Source: a virus. From it: 64,000 nucleotides of DNA. Where the stretch lies: IMG/VR virus record IMGVR_UViG_3300010373_000006, positions 5,198-69,197 of that record; one strand, 5' to 3'. Below, piece by piece: positions 44,254-54,123 of the stretch. A model generated the notes under the pieces. The model saw nothing but the letters and a program-made list of their open reading frames with translations. It was not told where the DNA came from and ran no database searches. Position 1 is the stretch's first letter. Each line of letters opens with the position of its first letter. The position numbers and the translations under genes are program-made.

Positions 44254-44254
44254 T

Positions 44255-45415
44255 ATGTTTCTCCAGCGCAATACTGCCGGGCAGGTCTTCACGCTTCCGG
44301 GCACACTGCGCCTTGTCGCAGACGGTTCGGCCGTTACGAGCGGCGCGTCTCTGACGTGGATCAAGGACGGCACCGGCTCCGCATCGGCAGGCACGCTGAC
44401 GCATGTCTCGGATGGGTGCTATACCTACGCTCCCTCCCAGGGAGAGACGGACGCGAAAATCTGCGGGTGGGTTCTGAGCAAGACGGGCGCGGCGGGCCTG
44501 GCGGGGAGCATCCGGACGACGAACGCGGACCCGAACGACGGGGTGAGGCTCGCGCTCACGGCACTCCCCAACGCGAACGCCAATGCCAACGGCGGCCTGC
44601 CGATCCTGAGCGTCTCGGGCACCACGCTCGCCTACACGGTCAGCACCCTCACCACCTACACCGGAAACACACCGCAGACCGGCGACCCGTACGCCGTCCT
44701 CACCGATGGCACGCACGGCAACGCCGCGCTGCACACGCAGATCGGCGCGCCCTGGCAGGTCGGTACGAAGTATGGGGTGACGCTCGCGGCAACAGACGTG
44801 ACGGGGAACCTCGCGGCGGATCTCCAGACGATCAAGACGCAAAGCGTTACTTGCGCGGCTGGAGTCACATTCCTACCGAACGTTGGCACCGCAACTCACG
44901 CGCTGGTCGTCGACACGTCCGGCAACGTGATCCTCGCGGCCTCGCAGCCGACCTATGCACCGGCCCTCGCTGGGTCCGCTCCGTCCTGGTATACAGCCCC
45001 AGATAATACCGACATCGCTACGATCCTGACGGATGTTGGCAATCTCATAACGACCGTCGGCGTAGCGGGCGCTGGCCTGACGGGTATTCCGGGACTCACC
45101 GATCCCTGGGATGTCTCCCTGCCGGGAAGCTATGCACAGGGCAAGGCCGGCTACATCATCGGCCATCAACTCGGCGGCACGTTCACCACCGCGACGAGCT
45201 CTGTATTCACGACGGCCTCCCTGGCAAACGTCGGCTCCGCTCTGACCGATCCCTATCTCGCGGCTCGCCAGTACGGCAAGGTCGACCCGCCCGCGACCGA
45301 TGGCAGTCAAATCTTCTACTCGCCGCCCAACGCATCGGACGGCGGCAACGTGGCCAAGGTCAAGTTCACCCCGACCTATCCGCAAGGTGGCCGTAGCGTG
45401 GTGCTCGATCCGTAA
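44255..45415 (+). CDS. Virion structural protein (T/G/A-rich, fibre or decoration-like)
   Basis: ATG after the LamG stop; composition. Confidence 0.6.
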   Translation: MFLQRNTAGQVFTLPGTLRLVADGSAVTSGASLTWIKDGTGSASAGTLTHVSDGCYTYAPSQGETDAKICGWVLSKTGAAGLAGSIRTTNADPNDGVRLALTALPNANANANGGLPILSVSGTTLAYTVSTLTTYTGNTPQTGDPYAVLTDGTHGNAALHTQIGAPWQVGTKYGVTLAATDVTGNLAADLQTIKTQSVTCAAGVTFLPNVGTATHALVVDTSGNVILAASQPTYAPALAGSAPSWYTAPDNTDIATILTDVGNLITTVGVAGAGLTGIPGLTDPWDVSLPGSYAQGKAGYIIGHQLGGTFTTATSSVFTTASLANVGSALTDPYLAARQYGKVDPPATDGSQIFYSPPNASDGGNVAKVKFTPTYPQGGRSVVLDP

Positions 45416-45870
45416 TGAGCCGCGGCTTTCCCGACTTCGATCTACCTTCGCTGCCCAGGGTTCCCGCCAGCGGCCGGAACGTGCTGCGCACCGGGTTGGC
45501 GTGGTTGACACAGCAGATGCAAACGAACGTTAGCGAAGCGATCAGCTACGCACGCCAGTATGCGTATGTCGACACGCGTGCAACGCTTGGCAAGAAACTC
45601 CTGAAACTGGACGACGGCAACGGCGGGTTTCAAATCCAGTGGACGGACATGGATTTCCTGATCGCGTCTGCCGGATTCACGTTTGACGATATCAATCTCA
45701 TCGTTCCGCAGCCCGGCGACCAGATTTTCCTGACCCTGGCGGGTGACATCGTGGTCCAGGAGTTCGAGGTCTGCCAGTACGGCAATGATCCGTGTTATCG
45801 CTGGGCTGATCCCTTTCAGTCGATGTACCGCATTCACGCAAAGTACATCGGCCAAGAGGCGTATAGCTGA
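45415..45870 (+). CDS. Head-tail adaptor / head closure protein
   Basis: DFLI...PQPGDQI...YRIHAK; position. Confidence 0.6.
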   Translation: MSRGFPDFDLPSLPRVPASGRNVLRTGLAWLTQQMQTNVSEAISYARQYAYVDTRATLGKKLLKLDDGNGGFQIQWTDMDFLIASAGFTFDDINLIVPQPGDQIFLTLAGDIVVQEFEVCQYGNDPCYRWADPFQSMYRIHAKYIGQEAYS

Positions 45871-46331
45871 TGCCTGATGCCGAAGCGGTCGCGATTGCGA
45901 AAGCCGTGGTCACAGCGCTGAACGGCGCAACGCTTTCGGAGACGTTCACGGCGGTTCGCTCGTACGCACCGTATACCGATATCAAGGATCTCACGGATCT
46001 CACGGTCAAGGTCTTCAGCGGCGACTGGGTGCCGACTCCGATCGCGCGCAAGATGACCGACAACGAGTTTTTGGTTGATATCGGAATACAACAGAAACTT
46101 ACCGCAGGTTTGAACACAGACGCCGAGATTTGCGCGTTCTGCGATCCACTCGTATACCTCGTTCAACAGATCGTTGATTTGTTTCAGATGGAGCCATTGC
46201 AAGGCTACTCGACCGCGGCCTGCATGGTGACGCAGCCCGCCCCGGTCTACGACCCCGAAGAAATCCGCACGCAGCGGGTCTTTACCAGCGTGATCCGTAT
46301 CACGTTCAGGGAAACGCGAACGCTCGCGTGA
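45870..46331 (+). CDS. Tail terminator-like protein
   Basis: VDIGIQQK...PVYDPE...FTSVIRITF; position. Confidence 0.55.
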   Translation: MPDAEAVAIAKAVVTALNGATLSETFTAVRSYAPYTDIKDLTDLTVKVFSGDWVPTPIARKMTDNEFLVDIGIQQKLTAGLNTDAEICAFCDPLVYLVQQIVDLFQMEPLQGYSTAACMVTQPAPVYDPEEIRTQRVFTSVIRITFRETRTLA

Positions 46332-46807
46332 ACCTCCTCACGATCAACGCGGCGAAGAGTAACTTCTTCGACCGCCTCACCGTCATTACCGCTGCGGGAC
46401 AGGCGCGAGTGCGCGTCTTCTCCCGGTTCGGGAGCCATGTTCGCCGGCGCGCCAAGTCTTCGATCCGAAAGCGAAAAAAGTCAAGCAAGCCAGGGCAGGC
46501 GCCTTCGTCTCACGTCGGCACGCTCAGACGACTGATTTTCTTCTCATATGATCGCAATCGCAACTCGGTTGTGATGGGCCCCACGCTCATCAACCACCCA
46601 ACGGGCGCTCCGGAAATCCTCGAATACGGCGGCAACACGGTTGTCGACGACGTGCGATGGGTGAGCGGCCCCAAGTACGGCAACCGGCGGCAACGCATCG
46701 CCACAACGAAACGCGTGAAGATCGCGGCGCGGCCCTACATGGGGCCTGCGTTCAAGGCAGAACTGCCGGGACTTCCGGCCATGTGGAAAGACTCAATTCG
46801 CAAGTGA
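46328..46807 (+). CDS. Neck / tail completion protein (HK97 gp10-like)
   Basis: SKPGQAP...GTLRR...LEYGG...ARPYMGPA. Confidence 0.65.
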   Translation: MNLLTINAAKSNFFDRLTVITAAGQARVRVFSRFGSHVRRRAKSSIRKRKKSSKPGQAPSSHVGTLRRLIFFSYDRNRNSVVMGPTLINHPTGAPEILEYGGNTVVDDVRWVSGPKYGNRRQRIATTKRVKIAARPYMGPAFKAELPGLPAMWKDSIRK

Positions 46808-46833
46808 CCTTTCATATCGGGAGACTTTGAATC

Positions 46834-47322
46834 ATGGCCGGCGCAACACGTGGAAAAGACTTCAAGATTTACATCAACACCGATGCGTCGCCGTACGGCT
46901 ACTCCGGTTCGCCGACGTGGACCGAGTGGAACATCGTCCGCGATGTCACGCGGAACCTCGGCAATATTATGGCCGATTCGAGCATTCGCGCGACCGAGTT
47001 CTACCTCGAAGTGCCGACGCTCACGCAGTTGACGATTGACGCACAATCGGTCTACGTCCCGAGTGACGTGTGCCTCCAGGAGCTCGAAGCGGCGTTCTAC
47101 GACAAGGAAGCCGTTGAGATCGTCGTGCTCGATGGGCCGATTGGAACGATCGGCTCGCGTGGCGTGTACTTCGTCGCGAACGTCACGAAGTTCAACGACA
47201 CGGAAGCGCTCGAAGGCGTCGGCATGGTGGACGTCACGCTGTCGCCATCCGGACTCGACACGGCTCATCTTCCCGCGCGTGTCCAAGTCCTTGCTCCCAA
47301 CGTGCTCACCCCAATGAGTTGA
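46834..47322 (+). CDS. Major tail (tube) protein
   Basis: Position before chaperone and TMP; beta-rich, VRDVT...EALEG...VDVTL. Confidence 0.7.
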   Translation: MAGATRGKDFKIYINTDASPYGYSGSPTWTEWNIVRDVTRNLGNIMADSSIRATEFYLEVPTLTQLTIDAQSVYVPSDVCLQELEAAFYDKEAVEIVVLDGPIGTIGSRGVYFVANVTKFNDTEALEGVGMVDVTLSPSGLDTAHLPARVQVLAPNVLTPMS

Positions 47323-47333
47323 GGTGACTTCAC

Positions 47334-47831
47334 GTGCATACGTTCAAGGATAACTCCGATCGGGTCTGGACGCTCTCCATCAACGTCAACGCCGTCAAGC
47401 GGTGCCGCGCGCTCGTCAGCGTCGACCTCTACGGCCTCATCACGGATGGGTTCAAAGGGCTCGGCGAACTGCTCGGCGACCCGCCGAAGTTCGTCGATGT
47501 CCTCTATGTGCTCTGTATGGACGAGGCTAACAAGCGCGACGTGTCCGATGACGTGTTCGGACAGTCGATGGGCGGCGACACATTGGAACTCGCTGCCGAT
47601 GCGTTCACGGATGAACTCATAAATTTTTCCCCGCCGCGCCTGAGACCGGGCCTGAAAAAAGTGGTGGCGGCGAGCAAGGCCCTGACGGAGAGGATGACGG
47701 CGATTCTGGAGGAGAGGATCGACCAACTGGATCTCGCCTCGATAGCGGACAGATTGACCGGCTCATCTGGAAACTCGCCGGCATCGTCGGAATCGACCCA
47801 GGACCGTTCACCCTCCGAGAACTCGACCTGA
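47334..47831 (+). CDS. Tail assembly chaperone (gpG-like)
   Basis: Position; contains slippery A AAT TTT at 47621-47627. Confidence 0.65.
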   Translation: MHTFKDNSDRVWTLSINVNAVKRCRALVSVDLYGLITDGFKGLGELLGDPPKFVDVLYVLCMDEANKRDVSDDVFGQSMGGDTLELAADAFTDELINFSPPRLRPGLKKVVAASKALTERMTAILEERIDQLDLASIADRLTGSSGNSPASSESTQDRSPSENST

Positions 47832-48088
47832 TGGCGGACGGTCGCAGTTTCGCGATGTGGGGGCACACGTCAAACATCATGGCTCTGCTGGCAAACATCC
47901 ATCGCGACCCGAAGAAATCCCGCCCGTTCGGTCCTTCCCAGTTCAACCCGCACGCCGCGCGTCAGTCTCAGTCGCGTAAGCGGCGAACGACCGTCGAGCA
48001 ACTGGCAAACGACATCATGCGCGTCGTGGGTGGCGAGAAGCGGAAACGGCGACCGCTCACAGGTCTCAATCCGCCGAGAGATTCATAA
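47615..48088 (+). CDS. Tail assembly chaperone -1 frameshift extension (gpT-like)
   Basis: The -1 frame is open from 47615 to 48088, encoding LIWKLAGIVGIDPGPFTLREL...NIHRDPKK. Confidence 0.55.
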   Translation, partial: THKFFPAAPETGPEKSGGGEQGPDGEDDGDSGGEDRPTGSRLDSGQIDRLIWKLAGIVGIDPGPFTLRELDLMADGRSFAMWGHTSNIMALLANIHRDPKKSRPFGPSQFNPHAARQSQSRKRRTTVEQLANDIMRVVGGEKRKRRPLTGLNPPRDS

Positions 48089-48091
48089 GAG

Positions 48092-50356
48092 ATGGCAAGC
48101 GCAAGCAATATTCGCGCAGGCCGCGCGTTCGTCGAACTCGGCAGCACCGACGTCAATTTCAACAAGGGGCTCGACAAGGCCCTGCGCCGGATTCAGACGT
48201 TCGGGCGCAGCGTTGCCACGATCGGCCAACGTGTTGTGCAAGGCGGCATCTTCGCCGCTACGCCGTTCGCGCTGGCCGGGAAGTCCTTTGCGTCGTACGA
48301 GCAGGCGATGGCGCGTGTCAAGGCCATCACCAACGCTACCGGCGACCAGTTCTCCGCGCTGGGCAACCTCGCGAAGAAACTCGGTCGCGATACGCAGTTC
48401 TCGGCCGCTGACGCTGCGAAAGCGATGGGTAACTTCGCGCAGGCTGGATTCTCGGTCAACGAGATTCTGAAAGCCACCGGGCCGACACTCGACCTCGCCG
48501 CAACCGCTCAGATCGGCATCGCCGAGGCGGGTGACATCGCAGCGAAGATCCTCCGCGGGATGGGACTCGATGTGAGCCAACTGTCGGGCGTGATCGACGT
48601 TCTCGCGAAGGCCGCGACGACCAGTAATACCGATATCGTCATGCTTGGCGATGCGTTCAAATTCGTTGGCCCCGTTGCGAAGTCCGCGGGCGTTTCGCTG
48701 GAGGAAATCACCGCCGCGATCCAACTGCTGTCGAACGCCGGCATTCAGGGCGAACTCGCGGGAACAAGCCTCCGCGGCATCCTTCTAAGCCTGACATCGC
48801 CGTCCGAAAAGGCGGAAAAGGAACTCGCCAAGCTCGGCATCCGAATCAAGGACGGCAAGGGCGATTTCGTCGGGCTCATCAGTGTAGTCGGGCAACTGCA
48901 AAAAGCGCTTGCCGGCATGGGCAACGCACAGCGGCTCGAAATCCTCGGCCACATCTTCCCCGACCGTCAAGCCGCCGGCGCTATGGAACTCGTGGCGCAG
49001 GGAGCCGATCATCTCGCCTCCGCGACCAAGGCTCTGGGCGGCGCGGCCGGGACTGCGGCACGTGTGGCTGCCGTGCAGCTCGACACAATGTCAGGCGCTG
49101 CTGAAATGGTCATGTCCTCTCTCGAAGGGCTTGGCCTGGAAGTCGGCGAGGCGCTGAACCCCGTTCTCCGCAAGGCCGCGACATTCCTGGTTGACCTGCT
49201 CAACGCGCTCGCAGCGACCGCCAAGGCTAGCCCCGATTTGATTATCGGGATGGCGAAGACAGTAGCCGTGAGCATCGCGGCCGGCGCAGCGATCGCGGGC
49301 CTCGGCGTCGCATTGAGCACAGCAGGTGCCGCTCTCGCCGTGATCCTTTCGCCGCTCGGCATAATCGCAACTGCGCTCGGCGCGGGAGTGGCCGCGTGGG
49401 CGAAATGGACCGAGGGAGGACAACTCGCGATCGCTGGGTTCCTTCCGCTCTTGGACAGCATGAAAGAAACCGCGACCACGACGTTCAAGGCGATCAGCGA
49501 CGCGCTCAAGGGCGGTGATCTGGCGCTCGCGGGCAAGGTTCTCTGGGCGGGTCTCAGAGTCGAATTCCTCAAAGGCAAAAACTATGTGATGGATGTATTT
49601 TCAGAAATCGCGATGTTTGCAAAGAACACATGGAGCGATATCAGTCCCGAGTTCGACAAGACGCTCGTGAATGCGTTTTTCGGAATTCTGCATACATGGG
49701 TTGATGTCAGCGACGCGATGGTCACGACATTTAATCAGGCACTTGAAGAGATGGCCAAGAACGTTGTTGCGATGTTCGTTGGGCCGATCGGCGAGGCTCT
49801 TGGCGCTGCGCTAGGAGTCGATCTCGTAACTCCGCTGAAGAACGTCGGAGTTCTCGAATCTGACGAAAAGAAGGCGTTCCGCGAGGACAGACGGCAGACG
49901 CGGCATGAGCAGTTGAATCAAGACAATCAGGGCATTCTTAATGATATCGACGCCGAGGAACAGGACAACGCCCGGCGTCACGCGGAAGAGCGCGCGTTCG
50001 ACCCAGGCATTGAGCAGCGCCGGACCGATCTCCAGAAGGCTCAGGACGAACTCAACGCACTCACTCAGGAGGCCGCCAAAGAGGCGTCGCGCGTCACGTC
50101 AAGCACTGGCCCCACGACCACATTCCCGTCGCAACCCAGGAGTCCAGGCGAACTCCCCGACGTCGAGGAGAACGTGAGGGCCGCGGTTCGCAAGGGCGAA
50201 TCCATCGGCACGTTCAACGCCTCTGCGGTCAGCCGGCTGGGCGCTGGCAAGTCTCTCACATCGCTGATGGAAAACCAGATCAAGGCAACCGAGTCCGTGG
50301 AAAAACAACTCGCCAAACTCAATGAGAAGGCCCGCCGCGGCCTGGCATTCGGCTAA
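48092..50356 (+). CDS. Tail tape measure protein (TP901-type core)
   Basis: AGRAFVE, FSAADAAKAM, AGIQGELAGTSLR; Ala-rich helical. Confidence 0.92.
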   Translation: MASASNIRAGRAFVELGSTDVNFNKGLDKALRRIQTFGRSVATIGQRVVQGGIFAATPFALAGKSFASYEQAMARVKAITNATGDQFSALGNLAKKLGRDTQFSAADAAKAMGNFAQAGFSVNEILKATGPTLDLAATAQIGIAEAGDIAAKILRGMGLDVSQLSGVIDVLAKAATTSNTDIVMLGDAFKFVGPVAKSAGVSLEEITAAIQLLSNAGIQGELAGTSLRGILLSLTSPSEKAEKELAKLGIRIKDGKGDFVGLISVVGQLQKALAGMGNAQRLEILGHIFPDRQAAGAMELVAQGADHLASATKALGGAAGTAARVAAVQLDTMSGAAEMVMSSLEGLGLEVGEALNPVLRKAATFLVDLLNALAATAKASPDLIIGMAKTVAVSIAAGAAIAGLGVALSTAGAALAVILSPLGIIATALGAGVAAWAKWTEGGQLAIAGFLPLLDSMKETATTTFKAISDALKGGDLALAGKVLWAGLRVEFLKGKNYVMDVFSEIAMFAKNTWSDISPEFDKTLVNAFFGILHTWVDVSDAMVTTFNQALEEMAKNVVAMFVGPIGEALGAALGVDLVTPLKNVGVLESDEKKAFREDRRQTRHEQLNQDNQGILNDIDAEEQDNARRHAEERAFDPGIEQRRTDLQKAQDELNALTQEAAKEASRVTSSTGPTTTFPSQPRSPGELPDVEENVRAAVRKGESIGTFNASAVSRLGAGKSLTSLMENQIKATESVEKQLAKLNEKARRGLAFG

Positions 50357-50359
50357 TCC

Positions 50360-51169
50360 ATGTCCGCAACGATCAGCGAAGTCACCAAGTCTCGGCCCTT
50401 CACCTATGGAGGGACTACCGAGCAGACGGTTATTTATATTATCGTCGGGACTACCGATGACGCCGAAGTCTATAGCCTGCTCGGCTCGACTGCGCCCACC
50501 GTTTTCAATGGGCTCATCCGCGAGAACTACGAGGGTGAACCGCTCGGCAATGGCGTGTGGATCGGCCGCGTCACGTATCAGAAAATCAATAATAATAATG
50601 AATACACGTTCAAGACAGGCGGCGGTACACAGAAGATTACGCAGGCGCTTCATACGACGATCTATGACTTTGTGACCGGCTATGATTACTACGGCGATGA
50701 CGTCGGCACTGGCCCCGACTTCGGCGGCGCGATTGGCGTCGATGGTGACAAGGTTGAAGGCGTGGACATCACGGTCCCGGCGTACGAGTTCAGCGAAACC
50801 CACTACATCGCCGAGGCGTCGGTCACAGACACGTACAAGCAAACGCTTGCGGAACTCACGGGCAAGGTCTGCAATAGCGCCTTCAAGGGATTCCAGGGCG
50901 GCGAGGTGATCTTCAACGGTGCCACCGGGGCACTGCGCGGGGATGGCCAGTGGGGAATCACATTCGACTTCGCGGTATCGCGCAACGCCAGCGGCCTCGA
51001 AGTGGGTGGCATCACCGGAATTGACAAGGATGGATGGGATTACCTGTGGGTCTACTACGAGGACTTCGAGGATGAGGCCGCGTACGCAATCGTCAAGCGA
51101 CCCGTCGCGGTCTACGTCTCGCAGGTCTACTATCGTGCCGACTTCTCGGCGCTCGGTATCGGGACGTAA
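50360..51169 (+). CDS. Tail tip / distal tail protein
   Basis: Directly after TMP; FKGFQGGEVIF, KDGWDYLWVYY. Confidence 0.65.
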   Translation: MSATISEVTKSRPFTYGGTTEQTVIYIIVGTTDDAEVYSLLGSTAPTVFNGLIRENYEGEPLGNGVWIGRVTYQKINNNNEYTFKTGGGTQKITQALHTTIYDFVTGYDYYGDDVGTGPDFGGAIGVDGDKVEGVDITVPAYEFSETHYIAEASVTDTYKQTLAELTGKVCNSAFKGFQGGEVIFNGATGALRGDGQWGITFDFAVSRNASGLEVGGITGIDKDGWDYLWVYYEDFEDEAAYAIVKRPVAVYVSQVYYRADFSALGIGT

Positions 51170-51187
51170 CGGGAGGCCAGTTCTCGC

Positions 51188-52231
51188 ATGCCGCCTCCCG
51201 AATCCCTGAAGCACGTCCGGCCCGGTCAACTTTGGGCACCACCGGACGCAACGACCTGGAACGCATTGGTTGACGCCGGGCGCGCCAATCAGCTCCAGCA
51301 ATACGACCAGACGCGGGACGGAAACCCCGTCTTTCGGCAGGGCGACATCATCCGCGTCAAGAACGTCGCGGGGCTCGATCTGCTGCGCAATTCAATTGTG
51401 GGCCTGCAAGAGCCGATCTTCCTGCCGACGACCGACAAGAGCCGTGCAACGAATGCGTTTGTCCGCGAGGTGACGTTCCGCGGTACGATCCCTTCGAGCA
51501 CGTTCCAAGGCAAGTTTGCCGTGCTGCTCGATCCCATCGGCATCGGCAAAATTGGACGCGCCTACGTCGCGGGCGTGTGCCCGGTCAAGGTCAACATCCG
51601 AAGCGCAGGCGATACGTGCTGTGATGTCGAGAACGACGACACGACACAACTCTACTCGATGAGCCAGGGAGGCTCAGCCCAGATCCTATGGGCGCAGAAG
51701 CAAGAGATGGACGATCCGACCGGCCCACAGTGGGCTTACGTTCGGTTGGGAACGAACTGTCGAATCTGCTGCCATTCGTCGAGTTCATCGTCAACGTCGA
51801 CCTCACAAGGCTGCCCAAACGATTGTGGCAACTGCGGCACAACCCAGGCTCCATGCGAATTCCCGGCGCTGGTAAGCCGTATTCAGGAGATCATGCCACC
51901 GCACGTCCCTAACGGCCAGTGCATGAATGCACAATACAACATGGTGTACCAGGGAAATTGCACCTGGCATGCGCCAACCGGGGATACCGGCGACGAGTCA
52001 TGTCCGCCGGGTCAACTCCCGCACTACCCGCAAAACACAACAGCCGCAACGCTCTTTCATAGCGGCGACCACTGGGTATTTTTCCTGTCTGATGGCTTTC
52101 ATTATGCGGAATGGGACGGACCCGCGCTAGGGTGTTTTGTGGCCCAGGACTATCATCCCGCCACCACATTGAGCGCCTTGAGTCAGGAACCCGATCCCGG
52201 CGCGTCCGTATTCTTCAATACCGGCGCATGA
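51188..52231 (+). CDS. Tail protein with Cys-rich C-terminal region
   Basis: Conserved-looking N-terminus to WAYVRLG, poly-Ser linker, Cys-rich tail. Confidence 0.6.
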   Translation: MPPPESLKHVRPGQLWAPPDATTWNALVDAGRANQLQQYDQTRDGNPVFRQGDIIRVKNVAGLDLLRNSIVGLQEPIFLPTTDKSRATNAFVREVTFRGTIPSSTFQGKFAVLLDPIGIGKIGRAYVAGVCPVKVNIRSAGDTCCDVENDDTTQLYSMSQGGSAQILWAQKQEMDDPTGPQWAYVRLGTNCRICCHSSSSSSTSTSQGCPNDCGNCGTTQAPCEFPALVSRIQEIMPPHVPNGQCMNAQYNMVYQGNCTWHAPTGDTGDESCPPGQLPHYPQNTTAATLFHSGDHWVFFLSDGFHYAEWDGPALGCFVAQDYHPATTLSALSQEPDPGASVFFNTGA

Positions 52232-52235
52232 GACC

Positions 52236-53438
52236 ATGAGCGAACACAAGTGCACTTGCATGTCTCCTGGCTGGTGTCCGGTCTTCAACCGCCCTGTCAT
52301 GGGTCGCGTTTTCGACCTGTGCCGAGGCGAGGCCGGCGTTGATATGCAGATGAGGGAAAAGGTTATCGAGCACTGGCGGACGTTCAAGGACCGTCAAGAC
52401 CGCAGTATCGTCGACGCGCCCGGCGGCTGCGATGATTCACACAATGCCGATGATCACTACGCGCTCTCATTCTCGAAGCACGGCCGGATGTCCCTGCACG
52501 ACGCGCGCGGCGAGGCCGACGATTCGCTGCGCGATCAGTATCCCGGCGTGTGGTACTTCCTCGGAGGCGGCCCAAGTCTCGCCGATGTCGACCTGTCTAC
52601 ACTCACTGGGCGGCAAGTGCTGGCGGTTAACTCGTGCTGCGAACTCTTCCCGCAACCTACCGTGTGGCTCGGCGTCGACCAGCCCGACGATCCGCCCGAT
52701 CGATTCCGTGGCGTGCCGTGGGAAGATGCGAGCGTGATCAAGTTCCTGCCTCGCGCATGGGCGGGATGCGACGCGGGTGGCGAGTTTACCTATGAGCGGC
52801 TGAACACGCATTTCTTCCTGCGCAACCATCGGTTCGACGCTGGGCAGTTCCTGAGCGAGCGTAGCGTGAACTGGGGAGCCGACGCACCCTACGGCTCGGG
52901 GCGTAGCGTGATGCTCGCGGCCTTGAAACTGCTCTGGTATCTGGGGGCATCGCGTATCGTTTTGCTAGGCGTCGACTGGCACATGGACCCCGCGAGACCC
53001 TATGCACACTCCGCACCGAAGGATGAAGTAGGCTGCGCGTCGAACAACGACAAGTTCCGCATCCTCGAAGCCCGCTTCCGCATCCTCGGTCCGATCCTCG
53101 AACGAGCCGGGATGACCGTCGTGAACGCGACGGAACGAAGCCGCCTTGAGGCGTTCCCGCGAACCACGCTGGATTACGAGCTCCGTAGCGAAGCGATGTT
53201 CACCGAGCGGAAGGTCGCGAGCCTGACGCCGGAGGAGACCGCGACCCGAAGCGCTCAAGCGGTCGCGTCGATGAAATACAGCCGCGAGCAGACTGCGAGG
53301 GCGAAAGCGTGCCCGTTCCGCGATTGCAAGACGTGCAACGGCGAGGCGGCGTGCAGCTCAGGGAAGGGCAATCTCGCGGGCGGTTCGCGATCCACACTCG
53401 ACCACTGCCGGGAGTGCATCATGGATCTGGTCATCTAA
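52236..53438 (+). CDS. Transferase-like protein (DUF115/MptE- or GT-like core) with Cys-rich termini
   Basis: LGGGPSL, LAVN, LGASRIVLLGVD, VVNAT..S.LEAFP. Confidence 0.6.
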   Translation: MSEHKCTCMSPGWCPVFNRPVMGRVFDLCRGEAGVDMQMREKVIEHWRTFKDRQDRSIVDAPGGCDDSHNADDHYALSFSKHGRMSLHDARGEADDSLRDQYPGVWYFLGGGPSLADVDLSTLTGRQVLAVNSCCELFPQPTVWLGVDQPDDPPDRFRGVPWEDASVIKFLPRAWAGCDAGGEFTYERLNTHFFLRNHRFDAGQFLSERSVNWGADAPYGSGRSVMLAALKLLWYLGASRIVLLGVDWHMDPARPYAHSAPKDEVGCASNNDKFRILEARFRILGPILERAGMTVVNATERSRLEAFPRTTLDYELRSEAMFTERKVASLTPEETATRSAQAVASMKYSREQTARAKACPFRDCKTCNGEAACSSGKGNLAGGSRSTLDHCRECIMDLVI

Positions 53439-53441
53439 ACG

Positions 53442-54116
53442 ATGCTGTACATCCTCACCCCAACCGATCAACGTCCGGTCGCGTTCGCACTCCTCGAAAA
53501 GTGGCTCGGCGCGCAGGACTGGTCCGGACCGTTTCGGTGGATCGTCGGCACTCGCGACGCATCGCCGTATGCCTTTAGGATGAATCAAATTGTCGTGGAG
53601 CGCGAAGACACGAAGGCGCTTCATCCGCTGTGCTCAAACCTGCTCGCATGCTTCGACGCCCTGGACATCGAGCCGGGCGATTTGGCGCTGATCTGCGAAG
53701 ACGACGATTACTACGCGCAGGAGTATCTGCGCCGGCTCGTTTCGCTGGCCGATGGCGTATCGCTCGCAGGGCAGTCCCTTGCGCGGTATTACCATGTCGG
53801 CTCGCGTCGATATCAACAGAACCACAACACGGCGCATGCGTCGCTCTGCCAGACGGCTTTCCGGGCGGACGTGCTGCCGCTGCTGAGAGAGATTTGCCTG
53901 CGCGGGAATCCGTCGATCGACAGGCGACTATGGGACGAATGGCGCGGAACGAAGCGGTTGGAGCCGTCGCAACACCATATCGGATGCAAGGGCCTGCCGG
54001 GCATCAAGGGCGTTGGCCTGGGGCACCGGGCGCACTTTGGGCGGTCGGATGCTGATGGACGCATGGCGGTGGAGTGGGGGTTGCCGAGGGAGTATGATCG
54101 GTTCAGGTGGAAATGA
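53442..54116 (+). CDS. GT-A (family 2-like) glycosyltransferase
   Basis: ILTPT..RP, ICEDDDYY. Confidence 0.7.
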   Translation: MLYILTPTDQRPVAFALLEKWLGAQDWSGPFRWIVGTRDASPYAFRMNQIVVEREDTKALHPLCSNLLACFDALDIEPGDLALICEDDDYYAQEYLRRLVSLADGVSLAGQSLARYYHVGSRRYQQNHNTAHASLCQTAFRADVLPLLREICLRGNPSIDRRLWDEWRGTKRLEPSQHHIGCKGLPGIKGVGLGHRAHFGRSDADGRMAVEWGLPREYDRFRWK

Positions 54117-54123
54117 GAGACCA

